Shown piece after piece: positions 1 through 9,431 of a stretch of 64,000 nt of DNA. The DNA lies in assembly GCA_965219995.1 (NCBI GenBank), contig CBDCOX010000002.1, positions 2,016,001 to 2,080,000 of the forward strand. Reading direction: 5' to 3'. Below the pieces are notes generated by a model. That model did not search any database and was not told the DNA's origin. It worked only from the letters and a program-made list of their open reading frames with translations. Source of the DNA: Candidatus Latescibacterota bacterium (GTDB taxonomy: Bacteria > Latescibacterota > UBA2968 > GCA-2709665). The translations under genes were made by a program, and so were the position numbers. How positions within the stretch are numbered: the stretch's first letter is position 1; every line of letters starts with the position of its first letter.

Positions 1-1680
1 GAACGGACCCGTAGCCGTGAGCGTTCCCCGCAGTCCGCGGTATATACGGAACCCTGCAATGTCGGCGGAGCCGTAATCGGGATGAACGGCGCCCTGGGAC
101 TCGGCCGCCCAGAACAGCTTCACCTTGGCGTTTTCGTCACTCTTGACGTAGACGTCGACGTCCGGAGGGCCGTCCGGAATGTCAAACCCGCTCTGATAGG
201 CGAACAGAGCGTGCTCGAGGTGCTCGACAATGGCCTGCTCGCCCTGCAGGAAGCTGGCCTTGTCCGCCGTAAGCGACCACTGCCAGATGTCGATGGGGCT
301 CTTGCCGGGGCCGGCATACTCGGCGCCGGAGCCGGCCACGTAGGCCACGATAACCTTGGCCTTGTCGCCGGGGCCGAGCGCCCACGGACCGTACACCTGC
401 GCGTTCGTGAATCCGCCCACGGCCGTGGGATTGTCCTGTGCGGTCGCGGCGGTCAACTTGGAGAATGCCTCGGAAGGGGTCTCACCCTCGAGGACGGGCT
501 CGTCATAGTCAGCCGTTGTGCGTACATTCCACCAGCCCTGGTAGGACGGCTGGTCTCCCGCGGGCTGCACGTACTGACCGGCGTCGTGCATGTTGAACGC
601 GTGACGGGGGTCGTCCGGACTGTCCGCGAAAGCGATCGGCGCCATGCCCACGAATGAATGGGACGCCAGCTTGCCGTCGGGGAAGGCCATCTCCTTCAGG
701 TCGGAGGTCTCGATATCCTTGATCCACGGGTCACCGGTATCCTCCCACGCCTTGAACGGGCTGTCGCCGTCCCACTGATAGCTCAGCTTGAGTCCCTGCG
801 CCCTGGCCGCACTGATAAATGCCGGGCCGCCGGCGCCGCCGTCCACGTAGTTTCCGGCTTCCGTGTAGCGGAAGTTATCGTCTAGACCGTCGTCCAGCCA
901 CCGCCACCAGCGTCCGCCGCCGGTGTTGTTGTCTGAGGTCTCATTGATCTTCCAGGTGGCCACCAGCGGCAGGTACACCTCGTTGTGACGGTCGCTGCCG
1001 GTGTTCTCCAGGGTGAATTCCGCGATCACGAAATCGTCGAACATCTGGTGGGACCAGTTGTGGACCTTGCGGGTGATCGTGATGTCGAACTTGTTGGTCC
1101 ACTTGGCAACCAGAATCTCCTCGGCAAACGAATCATCCGGCGTGTATTCGCCCGGAGAGTAGTTGCGGATGAGTCTGGGCGGCGCGCTGACGTCATTCTC
1201 GTCGGGCACGACCGCGCCCGGCCAGTAGTTGCTGGCCGGCGAGAACGACCCGGAACGCCCCTGCTCCCATTCCGTGGCCGCGCCCAGGTGCGCTTCAGGT
1301 CCGCTCGACGGGTCATAGACGAGCGGCGTGATATCGACGCTCTTGCCCCGCGGTCCGGTCCAGGCCGCATCCACGCCGCCGGGTCCCACGACCATGATCC
1401 ACGTGCCGAAGCCGACGGCGTTTCCGCCCCGGCGGGTATAGTTGGAACTGGCGTTGCTGCTGGGGATGTTCGCCCAGCCGGGATACCAGAACATATCCGG
1501 CTCGCCGGTCTGCCCGCTACCGAGGTTCCACCCGCCCATGGTGCCATCCGAGTTCCAGCTGATCTGGACGTGGCTCCGGCTGGTGGACAGCCGCGGGGTG
1601 TCGCTCTGGTCTACGGCCCAGGCGCCCACTGGCAGGAGCAAGCCGCAGACAAGCGCCATAAGCTTGATGCCTGGTTTCAT
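1..1680 (-). CDS. Large secreted/surface protein downstream of the TonB receptor; partial, 3' end runs off the window
   Basis: Absent from the ORF track because it is open-ended. ATG at 1680 after GGGAGA RBS; read by eye as MKPGIKLMALVCGLLLPVGAWA (signal peptide) ... ITITRKVHNWSHQMFDDFVIAEFTLENTG ... YGPWALGPGDKAKVIVAYVAG ... PDGPPDVDVYV ... AGFRIYRG, with no stop seen to position 1. Resembles TBDR-adjacent cargo proteins of non-Bacteroidota FCB bacteria. Confidence 0.85.
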   Translation of the reverse strand, partial: MKPGIKLMALVCGLLLPVGAWAVDQSDTPRLSTSRSHVQISWNSDGTMGGWNLGSGQTGEPDMFWYPGWANIPSSNASSNYTRRGGNAVGFGTWIMVVGPGGVDAAWTGPRGKSVDITPLVYDPSSGPEAHLGAATEWEQGRSGSFSPASNYWPGAVVPDENDVSAPPRLIRNYSPGEYTPDDSFAEEILVAKWTNKFDITITRKVHNWSHQMFDDFVIAEFTLENTGSDRHNEVYLPLVATWKINETSDNNTGGGRWWRWLDDGLDDNFRYTEAGNYVDGGAGGPAFISAARAQGLKLSYQWDGDSPFKAWEDTGDPWIKDIETSDLKEMAFPDGKLASHSFVGMAPIAFADSPDDPRHAFNMHDAGQYVQPAGDQPSYQGWWNVRTTADYDEPVLEGETPSEAFSKLTAATAQDNPTAVGGFTNAQVYGPWALGPGDKAKVIVAYVAGSGAEYAGPGKSPIDIWQWSLTADKASFLQGEQAIVEHLEHALFAYQSGFDIPDGPPDVDVYVKSDENAKVKLFWAAESQGAVHPDYGSADIAGFRIYRGLRGTLTATGPF

Positions 1681-1703
1681 ACTTGCTTCTCCCTTTCTTT
1701 AAT

Positions 1704-1735
1704 AACGGGGGGCGGGAAAACAATCGCCCCCCGTT
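1704..1735 (-). terminator. Intercistronic hairpin (weak terminator or mRNA stabiliser)
   Basis: Perfect 11-bp inverted repeat AACGGGGGGCG / CGCCCCCCGTT between the TBDR stop and the next gene's RBS; no long U-tract. Confidence 0.5.
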
Positions 1736-1749
1736 GAATGTTACCGGGT

Positions 1750-4700
1750 TTAGAAGTTGACTTTCAGGCCCACGCCCACCTCGCGCGGCTTCCCGTAGTA
1801 CCGGGTCAACTCGTTGTAATCCCCGTACGTCAGGTAGTCCTGGTCGTTCGGCCGCGGCACGTTCAGACCCCAGCGGACGAAGTCCGGATAGGAACCGCCC
1901 ACGGGGCTGTCCTGCTGGTTGAACAGGTTGAAGATCTCCAGGTAGGCAACGGCGTTCCTGTGCCCGCCCTCCACGAGGGTCTTCTCAACCTGCAGGTCGG
2001 TCCAGGTGCGGATGGGTCTGTGACGCAGCTCCGGCTGCTTTCCGGGCGGCGTGTACCAGATTGGACTGCCGCTCTGGATGCGCCAGACCATATTGGCGCG
2101 CAGGCCGCCCACCGCGTGGAACTGGCGCAGCCCGGGGCCGAAGTCCATGGGCGTGTCCAGGTACAGCGAGAGGCTGGACTGGACGCGCAGGTCGGACCCC
2201 TTGGGGTTGAACAGACGGCCGCCGCCGTAGGTGGGCTGCCACACGCCGTTCATATTGGCCGGCGCATCGTAGGCCTTCTGGATGTCCATGAACTCGAAGA
2301 TCACGAACTGATAGCTGTTGGTGATCCCTCTTGCCCTGCCGCGCCACCAGCTGGCCACCCTCGTGGCGAGTTTCATCCGCTCTTCCAGTGAGAAATCCTT
2401 ACGCACGTACGCCGAGCCGTTCCATTCCCAGTCGTGGTACTGGTCCGGATTCATCACGTACGAGGAATCCGGGTAGAACATGGTGGCGTTGGAGCCCACG
2501 CGCGCCGTAGACGCCCAGCCGAAGTTGACGGCCGCGTTGAACGAGAAGTAGTGGCTGAAGCCCTTGCGCACGTGCAGCTCGAGACCTCGCATGTCCTGGT
2601 AGGTGCTGGGCTTGCGGCCCCAGACCCACGTTGTGCGCTGCGGCTCGTACCAGTAGCGGCTGCCGGAGGAAATCTTCCCGATAGCACTCTTGTAGTATGC
2701 CGCAATACCCGCCGTGTAGTCGGCCACGAAGTTCCAGTCGGCGCCCGCCTCGTAAGCCCGGGTACGCGTGAGGGACACGTAGGGGTTCGCCATCCGGACC
2801 TGACCGTGCAGACCCCGGAACGCGTCCCACGCCACGTGGGCGTCGGGGCCGTTCGCGCGCCACTGTTCGCGGAAGTACTCGAACAGGTCGGGCACCTTCG
2901 CGTACAGCCCGGCCGTAAAGTGGAAGGCGGACCGTTGCGTGATGGGATGGGAAATCCCGAAGCGCGGGCTGAACTGGGTCGCCCACTGCGGGTCGACCGT
3001 GACCATGTCCACGTGCTTGATGAGCCAGCGGTTCTGTGGCGTCTGAAGCTGCGAGACGTTGTAGAACCGGTGGTTGGTGTACAGCGCGTCGAACCGGATG
3101 CCCGCGTTCATCACCATCCCCTCGAACTCCATCTTGTCCTGCAGGTAGAACCCGATCTGAATGGGGTTGATGGGGGCCTTCACGTCGGGGAGATTGCCCG
3201 AGTGGGTAATGAAGTCCACGATGCGCTGGCTCGGGTTGGGCGAGTTGTAGTTCAGGTAATAGATGCTGAACCGGGTGAGATCCACGCCCCCCTTTACGAA
3301 ATGGCCCTTGGTGACCTGAGAAGACACGTCCAGCTTGAGGTTCAGCCGGCTGCGGTCCGCGATGGTGTAATTCGCGACGTTATTGGGCTTCACGTTGAAC
3401 CAGCCGTCCAGGTCTTTCTCGCCGAATACCGTTACCGGGAAACCGAAGCTGTCCTTCGGCCAGCCGGTTTCCTGGGTGTCTTCCAGCGTCGTGTAGAACG
3501 ACACCCTGGCTTCGTAAAACGTTTTCGGCGACACCGTGTGGGTCAGGGACGCGTAGGTGACCCGGTCGGTTACCTTGCGCCCGCCCGCGCCCGACCCCTC
3601 CGGCAGGAACACGTTCTGGCCGTTGGAGGCCCGGTCGCGCTGGGTGTTCGTTCCCCTGTTGTAATATTCCGCCACCGAGTAAATCTGCCCGATGCTCACC
3701 TTCGCGTCGGCGCCCGGGCGGAACGTCAGCTTGGCGTTACCCCTGAAATCCAGCGGCGTTTCCAGCGTGGGAAACCCGCCCGACATCACGCTGGTCAGGC
3801 TGGTGGCGCCGAGGCTCGGGTCGAACGTGGCATTGCGTACGGACGTGTTCAACACATCCGTGGGCTGCCTGGTCCACCGGGCGCTCGCAAAGAAGCTGGC
3901 CTGGTCGCCCAGCGGGCCCGAAACGCCGCCCTCGATATATGAACCCTTTATGTCTGTATAGTCCACGGCCCTGTGCGCCAGACCGACCTCGTCGTCGGGC
4001 GTTCCCGGAACGCCATCCTCGCCGTTGCTCAGGATCACCGTTTCGGCGCGCCATTCCCGATCGTCCCACTTGAGCTTGTCACGGTGATACGCGCTTTCGT
4101 AGAGGTTTGACCCCCAGTGCTTCTGGCTCGGCGGAGTATAGCGGAAATCGCCCCAGCCCCGGAAGTCCCGCCCGCCGTCTTTCGTAATGATGGAGACCGC
4201 GCCGGACTCCAGGTTTCCGTATTCGGCGCTCGCGCCTCCCGAAATCACCGTGATTTCCTGCACGGCGGTCTTGGAGGGACCGGTGAACTGCCGGCCGTAC
4301 CCGTCATTGTTCGGCAGGACAATGCCGTCCACCATCAGGATGCCGTCTTTCGAGTCCCCGCCCCGGATGACGTTGGCGTTGGTGAGCTGCACGCCCGGAT
4401 TCAGCGTGACCAGATCCGTGACCGACCGCGCCATCGGCAGCGACTCCAGCTGCTCGGCGCCCATGACGTAATGGCTGGTGGTCTTGTCGGGCTCCACCGG
4501 CGGGCGTTCCGCCGTAACCACGAGTTCCTCGGCTTCCAGCGCCGTTTCTTTCAGCTGGAAATCCACGGTCGTGGTGAAGTCCGCCTGTATACGCACGTCC
4601 GTCTTGGTAACGGCGTTGTACCCGACCATAGAGGCCACGAGAGTCAGGTTGCCCGGGTCGACCGAAAGGAGCAGATAGTATCCGTCCGCATCCGATTGGG

Positions 4701-4875
4701 CGCCCCTTCGCGTGCCCTCGATCACGACGTTCACGCCGGGCAGCGGTTCGCCGGACGCCGCGTCCATCACGCGCCCGGTCAGTTTGCCGGTCTGGCCCGC
4801 GAACACGCCGGCGGTGAGGCCGACGAGCACAAAGACCGCAACCGGCAAAGCCACAAACAACTTCCATCTGTTCAT
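1750..4875 (-). CDS. TonB-dependent receptor with N-terminal carboxypeptidase-regulatory-like domain
   Basis: 1041 aa; signal peptide; GKLTGRVMDAASGEPLPGVNVVIEGT; plug motifs (IRGG, DGI, AEYGN..SGAVSIITKDG); barrel motifs (SPRFGISHPI, FNLFN); C-terminal Phe; GGAGG RBS. Confidence 0.95.
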   Translation of the reverse strand: MNRWKLFVALPVAVFVLVGLTAGVFAGQTGKLTGRVMDAASGEPLPGVNVVIEGTRRGAQSDADGYYLLLSVDPGNLTLVASMVGYNAVTKTDVRIQADFTTTVDFQLKETALEAEELVVTAERPPVEPDKTTSHYVMGAEQLESLPMARSVTDLVTLNPGVQLTNANVIRGGDSKDGILMVDGIVLPNNDGYGRQFTGPSKTAVQEITVISGGASAEYGNLESGAVSIITKDGGRDFRGWGDFRYTPPSQKHWGSNLYESAYHRDKLKWDDREWRAETVILSNGEDGVPGTPDDEVGLAHRAVDYTDIKGSYIEGGVSGPLGDQASFFASARWTRQPTDVLNTSVRNATFDPSLGATSLTSVMSGGFPTLETPLDFRGNAKLTFRPGADAKVSIGQIYSVAEYYNRGTNTQRDRASNGQNVFLPEGSGAGGRKVTDRVTYASLTHTVSPKTFYEARVSFYTTLEDTQETGWPKDSFGFPVTVFGEKDLDGWFNVKPNNVANYTIADRSRLNLKLDVSSQVTKGHFVKGGVDLTRFSIYYLNYNSPNPSQRIVDFITHSGNLPDVKAPINPIQIGFYLQDKMEFEGMVMNAGIRFDALYTNHRFYNVSQLQTPQNRWLIKHVDMVTVDPQWATQFSPRFGISHPITQRSAFHFTAGLYAKVPDLFEYFREQWRANGPDAHVAWDAFRGLHGQVRMANPYVSLTRTRAYEAGADWNFVADYTAGIAAYYKSAIGKISSGSRYWYEPQRTTWVWGRKPSTYQDMRGLELHVRKGFSHYFSFNAAVNFGWASTARVGSNATMFYPDSSYVMNPDQYHDWEWNGSAYVRKDFSLEERMKLATRVASWWRGRARGITNSYQFVIFEFMDIQKAYDAPANMNGVWQPTYGGGRLFNPKGSDLRVQSSLSLYLDTPMDFGPGLRQFHAVGGLRANMVWRIQSGSPIWYTPPGKQPELRHRPIRTWTDLQVEKTLVEGGHRNAVAYLEIFNLFNQQDSPVGGSYPDFVRWGLNVPRPNDQDYLTYGDYNELTRYYGKPREVGVGLKVNF

Positions 4876-4905
4876 CTGAAAACCTCCTTCGAGAATACTC
4901 AGCGG

Positions 4906-5604
4906 CTATTTACCGCTGAAGTAGAACTTAATCCCGGCTCCGAAGTCCAGCATCTGCAGAGGGAAGGTCTCGGAAAGCTCCCAGTCTTCAAGACCCCGAA
5001 GGTCCCCGATCATTATATTGTATCGTCCGCGGAGGTCCACCGCCACGTTTTCGATCACGAACGCTTCGACGCCCAGTCCGGCGTTAATCCCCAGCGCGAA
5101 CCGCTGGTCGGTGAACGGTTCCAGTTCGAGGACCAGGTCTCCCGTCTGCCCGGGCCACAGCAGCCCGCTGACGTCGTTCTTGTACCGGTAGAATCCGCCG
5201 CCCACCGCGACGTACGGGGCGAAACTGCTGGCCGCAAACGGCTGGCCGACCTGCCGCAGGCGGACGAGCGCGTTTACCAGCAGGCTGTTCAGGCTCATGT
5301 TGCTTGACGCGTTCGGGCTGGTATAGGCTTGACCGTCCGTCCAGGTGAACGTGCGTGTCAGCAGGCTCCCGTCTGTGAAATTCCCGTGGTGAAACTCCAG
5401 CTCCACGGTAACGTTCGACGCCGGCACGTACGCCGCGTTCAATCCGAACTTGGAATCGTTGTCGTACCACTCGCCCAGACCGAAGACCGGCACGTTGTAA
5501 TTCGCGAACACGCCGACCCCCCAACTTCCTTCCTGGGCAACGGCAGGCCAGGTTGAAACCGCCAACACAAGAATCAACAGGCCAACAACCCTGAACACCT
5601 TCAT
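4906..5604 (-). CDS. Outer-membrane beta-barrel protein (8-stranded OMP/porin family)
   Basis: ATG at 5604 after AAGGAGG; signal peptide ending AVA-Q; PYVAVGGGFY, GINAGLGVE and terminal GIKFYF strands. Confidence 0.85.
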   Translation of the reverse strand: MKVFRVVGLLILVLAVSTWPAVAQEGSWGVGVFANYNVPVFGLGEWYDNDSKFGLNAAYVPASNVTVELEFHHGNFTDGSLLTRTFTWTDGQAYTSPNASSNMSLNSLLVNALVRLRQVGQPFAASSFAPYVAVGGGFYRYKNDVSGLLWPGQTGDLVLELEPFTDQRFALGINAGLGVEAFVIENVAVDLRGRYNIMIGDLRGLEDWELSETFPLQMLDFGAGIKFYFSGK

Positions 5605-5623
5605 ACACACCTCCTTACTTTGG

Positions 5624-5652
5624 AAGATGACTTATCCCCACCACCCTGCCAA
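5624..5652 (-). promoter_or_regulatory. Putative sigma70 promoter of the OMP-TBDR operon, overlapped by a LacI-type palindrome
   Basis: Minus strand TTGGCA-N17-CATCTT; perfect palindrome CAAACGTTTG at 5650-5659 overlaps the -35 box. Confidence 0.4.
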
Positions 5653-5746
5653 ACGTTTGCAATCTGCTGCGAAACAACTAACGACGTGCGAATCATGCTC
5701 TGCAAAAATACTCGCGGTCTGCTCGACTTTCCACCCCCTCTCGGAC

Positions 5747-5786
5747 AAAAAAAGGGGCATCACTGTCCGGAAACCGGCAGCGCCCC
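5747..5786 (-). terminator. Rho-independent terminator
   Basis: Minus strand GGGGCGCTGCCGG-TTT-CCGGACAGTGATGCCCC followed by T7. Confidence 0.8.
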
Positions 5787-5908
5787 GTTAATACACTCCT
5801 GCTTCATGCGTATGGAATTTATGATAAACGACTACGCAGTAGCAATTTAGCATAAGCCGACCATTTGACGCGTTGAATCGCTGTTGTTGAGCATAACCGC
5901 AGGTTAAT
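5747..5908 (-). ncRNA. Candidate structured small RNA (6S-like long hairpin with central bubble) or attenuator leader
   Basis: Lies between a strong promoter (5915-5943) and an intrinsic terminator (5747-5786). Pairings CCUGC/GCAGG, UUAUGC/GCAUGA, AGCGAUU/AGUCGUU and ACGCG/UGCGU include G-U pairs that work only on the minus strand. Confidence 0.45.
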
Positions 5909-5914
5909 CGACAG

Positions 5915-5943
5915 AAGATATACAACATTTTCAGAGTTGTCAA
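5915..5943 (-). promoter_or_regulatory. Sigma70 promoter
   Basis: TTGACA-N17-TATCTT on the minus strand. Confidence 0.7.
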
Positions 5944-6073
5944 CCCTTTTTCTCGTGTTATTTTCGAAGACTTACCGTTCGGCCCTGACCCGCGCGCAGC
6001 GGGCCGGATCGCCTGTTCGCACACGTTGAAACGCGACAGCCGAATCGGCAGACCTGTACCGTCTTTCGGAACG

Positions 6074-6946
6074 CTACGGGGCCAGGGCCTCGAGCACCGT
6101 TTCGCCGATGTCGGCCGGGCTGTTGCAGACCCGTATTCCCGCGGCGCTCAGGGCCGCCACCTTCTCCTCTGCCGTGCCCTTTCCGCCTGAAATAATGGCG
6201 CCGGCGTGACCCATGCGCCTGCCCGAAGGCGCGGTCTGGCCCGCTATAAAGCCGACCACGGGCTTCGGGAAGGCGTGTTTCACGTATTCCGCAGCCTGCT
6301 CTTCGGCGCCGCCTCCGATCTCTCCGATCATCACGACGCATTCGGTATCGGGATCCTTCGCGAAGGCATCGAGACAGTCGATAAAGCTCGTTCCGGTTAC
6401 GGGATCGCCGCCGATACCCACGCACGTGGTCTGCCCGAGATCCAGGGCGGTCAGCTGGGCGACCGCCTCGTAGGTCAGGGTTCCGCTGCGTGAAATGACA
6501 CCCACGTTCCCGCTCCTGTGGATCTCCGCGGGCATAATCCCGATCTTACACTTGCCGGGAGATATGACTCCCGGACAGTTCGGACCGATCAGCCGGGTGG
6601 AACGCGAGCCGAGAAAGTGTTTTACCTTCACCATGTCCAGCACCGGGATGCCTTCGCTGATGCACACAATCAGGCTCAGACCGGCATCCGCGGCTTCAAT
6701 GACTGCGTCCGCCGAAAAGGCCGCCGGCACAAACACGATCGAGGCGTCGGCGCCGGTAGCGGCGACCGCGTCCGATACCGTGTTGAAGACCGGTACGCCT
6801 TCGACGCGATCGCCGGCCTTGCCCGGCGTGACTCCCGCGACGATCCGCGTGCCGTAGTCCAGCATCTGTCGGGTGTGGAACGAGCCTTCGCTGCCGGTGA
6901 TGGCCTGCACTACCACTCGGGTTTCGCTGTCTATAAATATGCTCAT
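6074..6946 (-). CDS. sucD: Succinate--CoA ligase alpha subunit
   Basis: [44 protein letters not shown] and RRMGHAGA (phospho-His). Start reassigned to ATG 6946. Confidence 0.97.
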   Translation of the reverse strand: MSIFIDSETRVVVQAITGSEGSFHTRQMLDYGTRIVAGVTPGKAGDRVEGVPVFNTVSDAVAATGADASIVFVPAAFSADAVIEAADAGLSLIVCISEGIPVLDMVKVKHFLGSRSTRLIGPNCPGVISPGKCKIGIMPAEIHRSGNVGVISRSGTLTYEAVAQLTALDLGQTTCVGIGGDPVTGTSFIDCLDAFAKDPDTECVVMIGEIGGGAEEQAAEYVKHAFPKPVVGFIAGQTAPSGRRMGHAGAIISGGKGTAEEKVAALSAAGIRVCNSPADIGETVLEALAP

Positions 6947-6990
6947 TGAAAATCCGTTCTTCATACCCTTCGCGTATTGCTTCCCAAAGC

Positions 6991-7321
6991 GGTGAGACGG
7001 GAGACGTAAGAGGTGAGATGATGACATCGCGTCCAAAGCATGACGATACGGGCTGGCGGTGTCAATTCATCAATTCGCGAAGACCTGTCTCCTGCGTGAA
7101 AGCAAATATCGAGTGGGTTGTCCGCCGACAGGCGTTCAGTCAGGTGCGATGGATAAACCACATGCGGACCAATTCGTCTACCGTCTCCCGGCTCACCTCT
7201 CCCCGGTCTTTTTGTCTCACCGCCTTTATTGCCCGGTGCGGTTTCATTTCTTGCCGAAGGCATAACGGAAGAACCAATCGGGCAAGGATGTCATCTACCC
7301 TCTTGCGTCTTACGTCTCACC
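6991..7321. repeat. 330-bp intergenic element bounded by imperfect inverted repeats built from GAGACG(T/G) heptamers
   Basis: Left arm GGTGAGACGGGAGACGTAAGAGGTGAGATGATGACATC (6991-7028) matches the reverse complement of 7287-7321, GGTGAGACGTAAGACGCAAGAGGGTAGATGACATC. A third inverted arm lies at 7175-7197. Confidence 0.7.
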
Positions 7322-7332
7322 TTTTCAAGCAG

Positions 7333-8019
7333 TTACTGTAGCCCCGGGTTGACCCGTTCTTCGACGGTGCCGTCGGCCCTGCCGATAACGACCTGGTGGG
7401 CAAGTCCGACAAAGAGGCCGGATTCAACGACGCCGCAGATCGCCGCGAGGCGTCGTTCGAGGTCGGCGGGATCGTTGATGACGCCAAAAGCGCAGTCCAG
7501 GATGTGGTTCCCGTTATCCGTAAAGAAAGCCCGGTTTTCCTGAACACGGAGACTGGCCCGGCACCCAAGGGCTTCGACCTGCAACCGAACGAACTGCCAC
7601 CCGAAGGGCGCCACTTCGACCGGCAGAGGGAATCCGCCGAGGCGATTCTTGAGTTTCGATTCGTCGGCGACGATGATTTCGCGGCGGCTGGCGGTGGCCA
7701 CAAGCTTCTCGCGCAGCAGCGCGCCTCCCCCGCCCTTGATCAGATTGAAGGCGGGATCGATCTCGTCCGCGCCGTCGATGGTCAGGTCGATCGTGGCGGC
7801 CAGGGCGAAATCCGTAAGCGGGATTCCCTCGCGTTCCGCCTGAATCCGGGACTGTTCCGACGTGGGAATACCGTGAATCCGAAGGCCCTCCCGAACCCGC
7901 TCGCCCAGCCTTCTGATAGCAAAGTGCGCGGTGGATCCGGTCCCCAGACCGACGATCATCCCGTCGTCCGCCAGGTTGGCGGCCCATTCGCCTGCAAGTT
8001 GTTTCGGATTGGCCGCCAC
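7333..8019 (-). CDS. rpiA: Ribose-5-phosphate isomerase A
   Basis: GLGTGST, DGADE, KGGGGALLREK and TDNGN motifs. Start uncertain (GTG 8019 or TTG 8034). Confidence 0.96.
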   Translation of the reverse strand: MAANPKQLAGEWAANLADDGMIVGLGTGSTAHFAIRRLGERVREGLRIHGIPTSEQSRIQAEREGIPLTDFALAATIDLTIDGADEIDPAFNLIKGGGGALLREKLVATASRREIIVADESKLKNRLGGFPLPVEVAPFGWQFVRLQVEALGCRASLRVQENRAFFTDNGNHILDCAFGVINDPADLERRLAAICGVVESGLFVGLAHQVVIGRADGTVEERVNPGLQ

Positions 8020-8279
8020 GTTATATATTCGCAACGTCGTGCGATCTCACATGCGACTCCTGAGAATCTCGAGGCCAGGTACGATTCGCGGTGAATTTAT
8101 CATTCCCCGGTCCGAATTGCAACGATAAATGATGGTGACAACACACCCGCTGCGGCATTTGTTCCCGGATTGAGGCATGAATTCAATTGACATTCTCGCC
8201 CGTATATAACATATATATTACCGAGGCCGTTTGCAGGCGGCCGCACCCATTCAGTCGAGCAACTGACGCGGGAGGACGC

Positions 8280-9125
8280 GTGGCGTACACCACACTTGAA
8301 GATTTTTTCGGTGATATCGTCGGAAAGGCCAGGCGCGGGCGGGGTCTGTCGGAAGCGGCGCTTGCGAGCGCGGCGGGGCTGACCGCCGCGGACGTCGGCA
8401 GGATCGAAGCCTACGAACTCACGCCCGACGACGGCGGGATCCGGACGCTGGCGGGCGCGCTGGATCTGGACGGCGACAAGCTCGCCGCGGTTGCAAAGGG
8501 ATGGGTGCCGGCGCACGGAAATGCGTCTCACGACGACGCGCGACTGTCCGTCGAGAGGACGATTCTGGACGTGGGTATGGAAGTGAACGCCTATACGTTG
8601 AAGTGCAAGGCTTCAGGAGAAGGCGCGATCGTGGATGCGGGCGGGCAGGCCGGGCGGATTCTTGCACAGGTTGAGCGCCTGAACCTGAAGGTGACCCACG
8701 TGCTGCTTACGCACGGACATGGCGACCACGTGGGCGCGCTTGCCGAGGTCGCCGAGGCAACCGCCGCAAGGGTATATTGCTGCGAACGGGACTTCGGACT
8801 TCTGGGAAGTTTGAAGGAATTCGTGACCGACGTTGTGGACGACGGCTGGCGCACGAACGTGGGGGGAATCGCCATCGACGCGGTCAGTCTTCCCGGGCAC
8901 ACTGCGGGCGGAATCGGGTATGGTGGGGACGGGATATTCTTTTCGGGAGACGCGCTTTTCGCCGGATCCATGGGCGGCGCGCCGGGTCCGGCCTATGCCG
9001 GTCAGATCGCGGCGGTAACGAAAAAGGTCCTGTCAAGGGACGGGAATACCCGCGTATTTCCGGGGCACGGGCCCATCACGTCGGTCGCCGAGGAACTGGC
9101 GCACAATCCGTTCTTTTCGTGCTGA
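8280..9125 (+). CDS. MBL-fold metallo-hydrolase with N-terminal XRE-type helix-turn-helix
   Basis: GTG at 8280 after GGAGGA; N-terminal ARRGRGLSEAALASAAGLTAADVGRIEA (XRE-like); THGHGDH, PGHT, GDALF and PGHG. Confidence 0.88.
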   Translation: MAYTTLEDFFGDIVGKARRGRGLSEAALASAAGLTAADVGRIEAYELTPDDGGIRTLAGALDLDGDKLAAVAKGWVPAHGNASHDDARLSVERTILDVGMEVNAYTLKCKASGEGAIVDAGGQAGRILAQVERLNLKVTHVLLTHGHGDHVGALAEVAEATAARVYCCERDFGLLGSLKEFVTDVVDDGWRTNVGGIAIDAVSLPGHTAGGIGYGGDGIFFSGDALFAGSMGGAPGPAYAGQIAAVTKKVLSRDGNTRVFPGHGPITSVAEELAHNPFFSC

Positions 9126-9244
9126 GCCGCTGCTGAAGCTCCTGACGTGAAGGCATCTCTGAACTCGAGTAGTTCACGAGAATTACCCGATTTCTTGAAT
9201 AACCTGTTGTTTTTCTGAATATTCAGTGGTTGACACAAGGAAAG

Positions 9245-9389
9245 CCATTAGGGTTCAGGGATTGATGTGGTCGACGTGATGAGTTGCGGTCAATGGTGAT
9301 TCGATTCACTGCCGTTACTCGTTTTCTCGTGCATTTGTCGCGCTTTTTTTGGTTTTTGTCCTGTCCATCCTGTCCATCCATGTAAGTTC
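9245..9389 (-). repeat. Intergenic cassette, module A (ACATGGATGGACAGGATGGACAGGA...) plus module B2
   Basis: Reverse complement GAACTTACATGGATGGACAGGATGGACAGGACAAAAACCAAAAAAAGCGCGACAAATGCACGAGAAAACGAGTAACGGCAGTGAATCG... aligns with 15541-15660, and its module A aligns with 12711 and 15408. Confidence 0.85.
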
Positions 9390-9431
9390 CGTCTGATGAA
9401 ATAATGAACGTAGAGACCAAGGAGCCTGGAT

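Noticed and set aside
82-5307. Long plus-strand ORFs (191, 250, 217, 502 and 396 aa)
   Set aside because: Antisense shadows of the GC-rich minus-strand TBDR cluster; no motifs or RBS.
8187-8220. TTGACA upstream of the HTH-MBL gene as a promoter
   Set aside because: No good -10 at 16-18 nt spacing, so not called.
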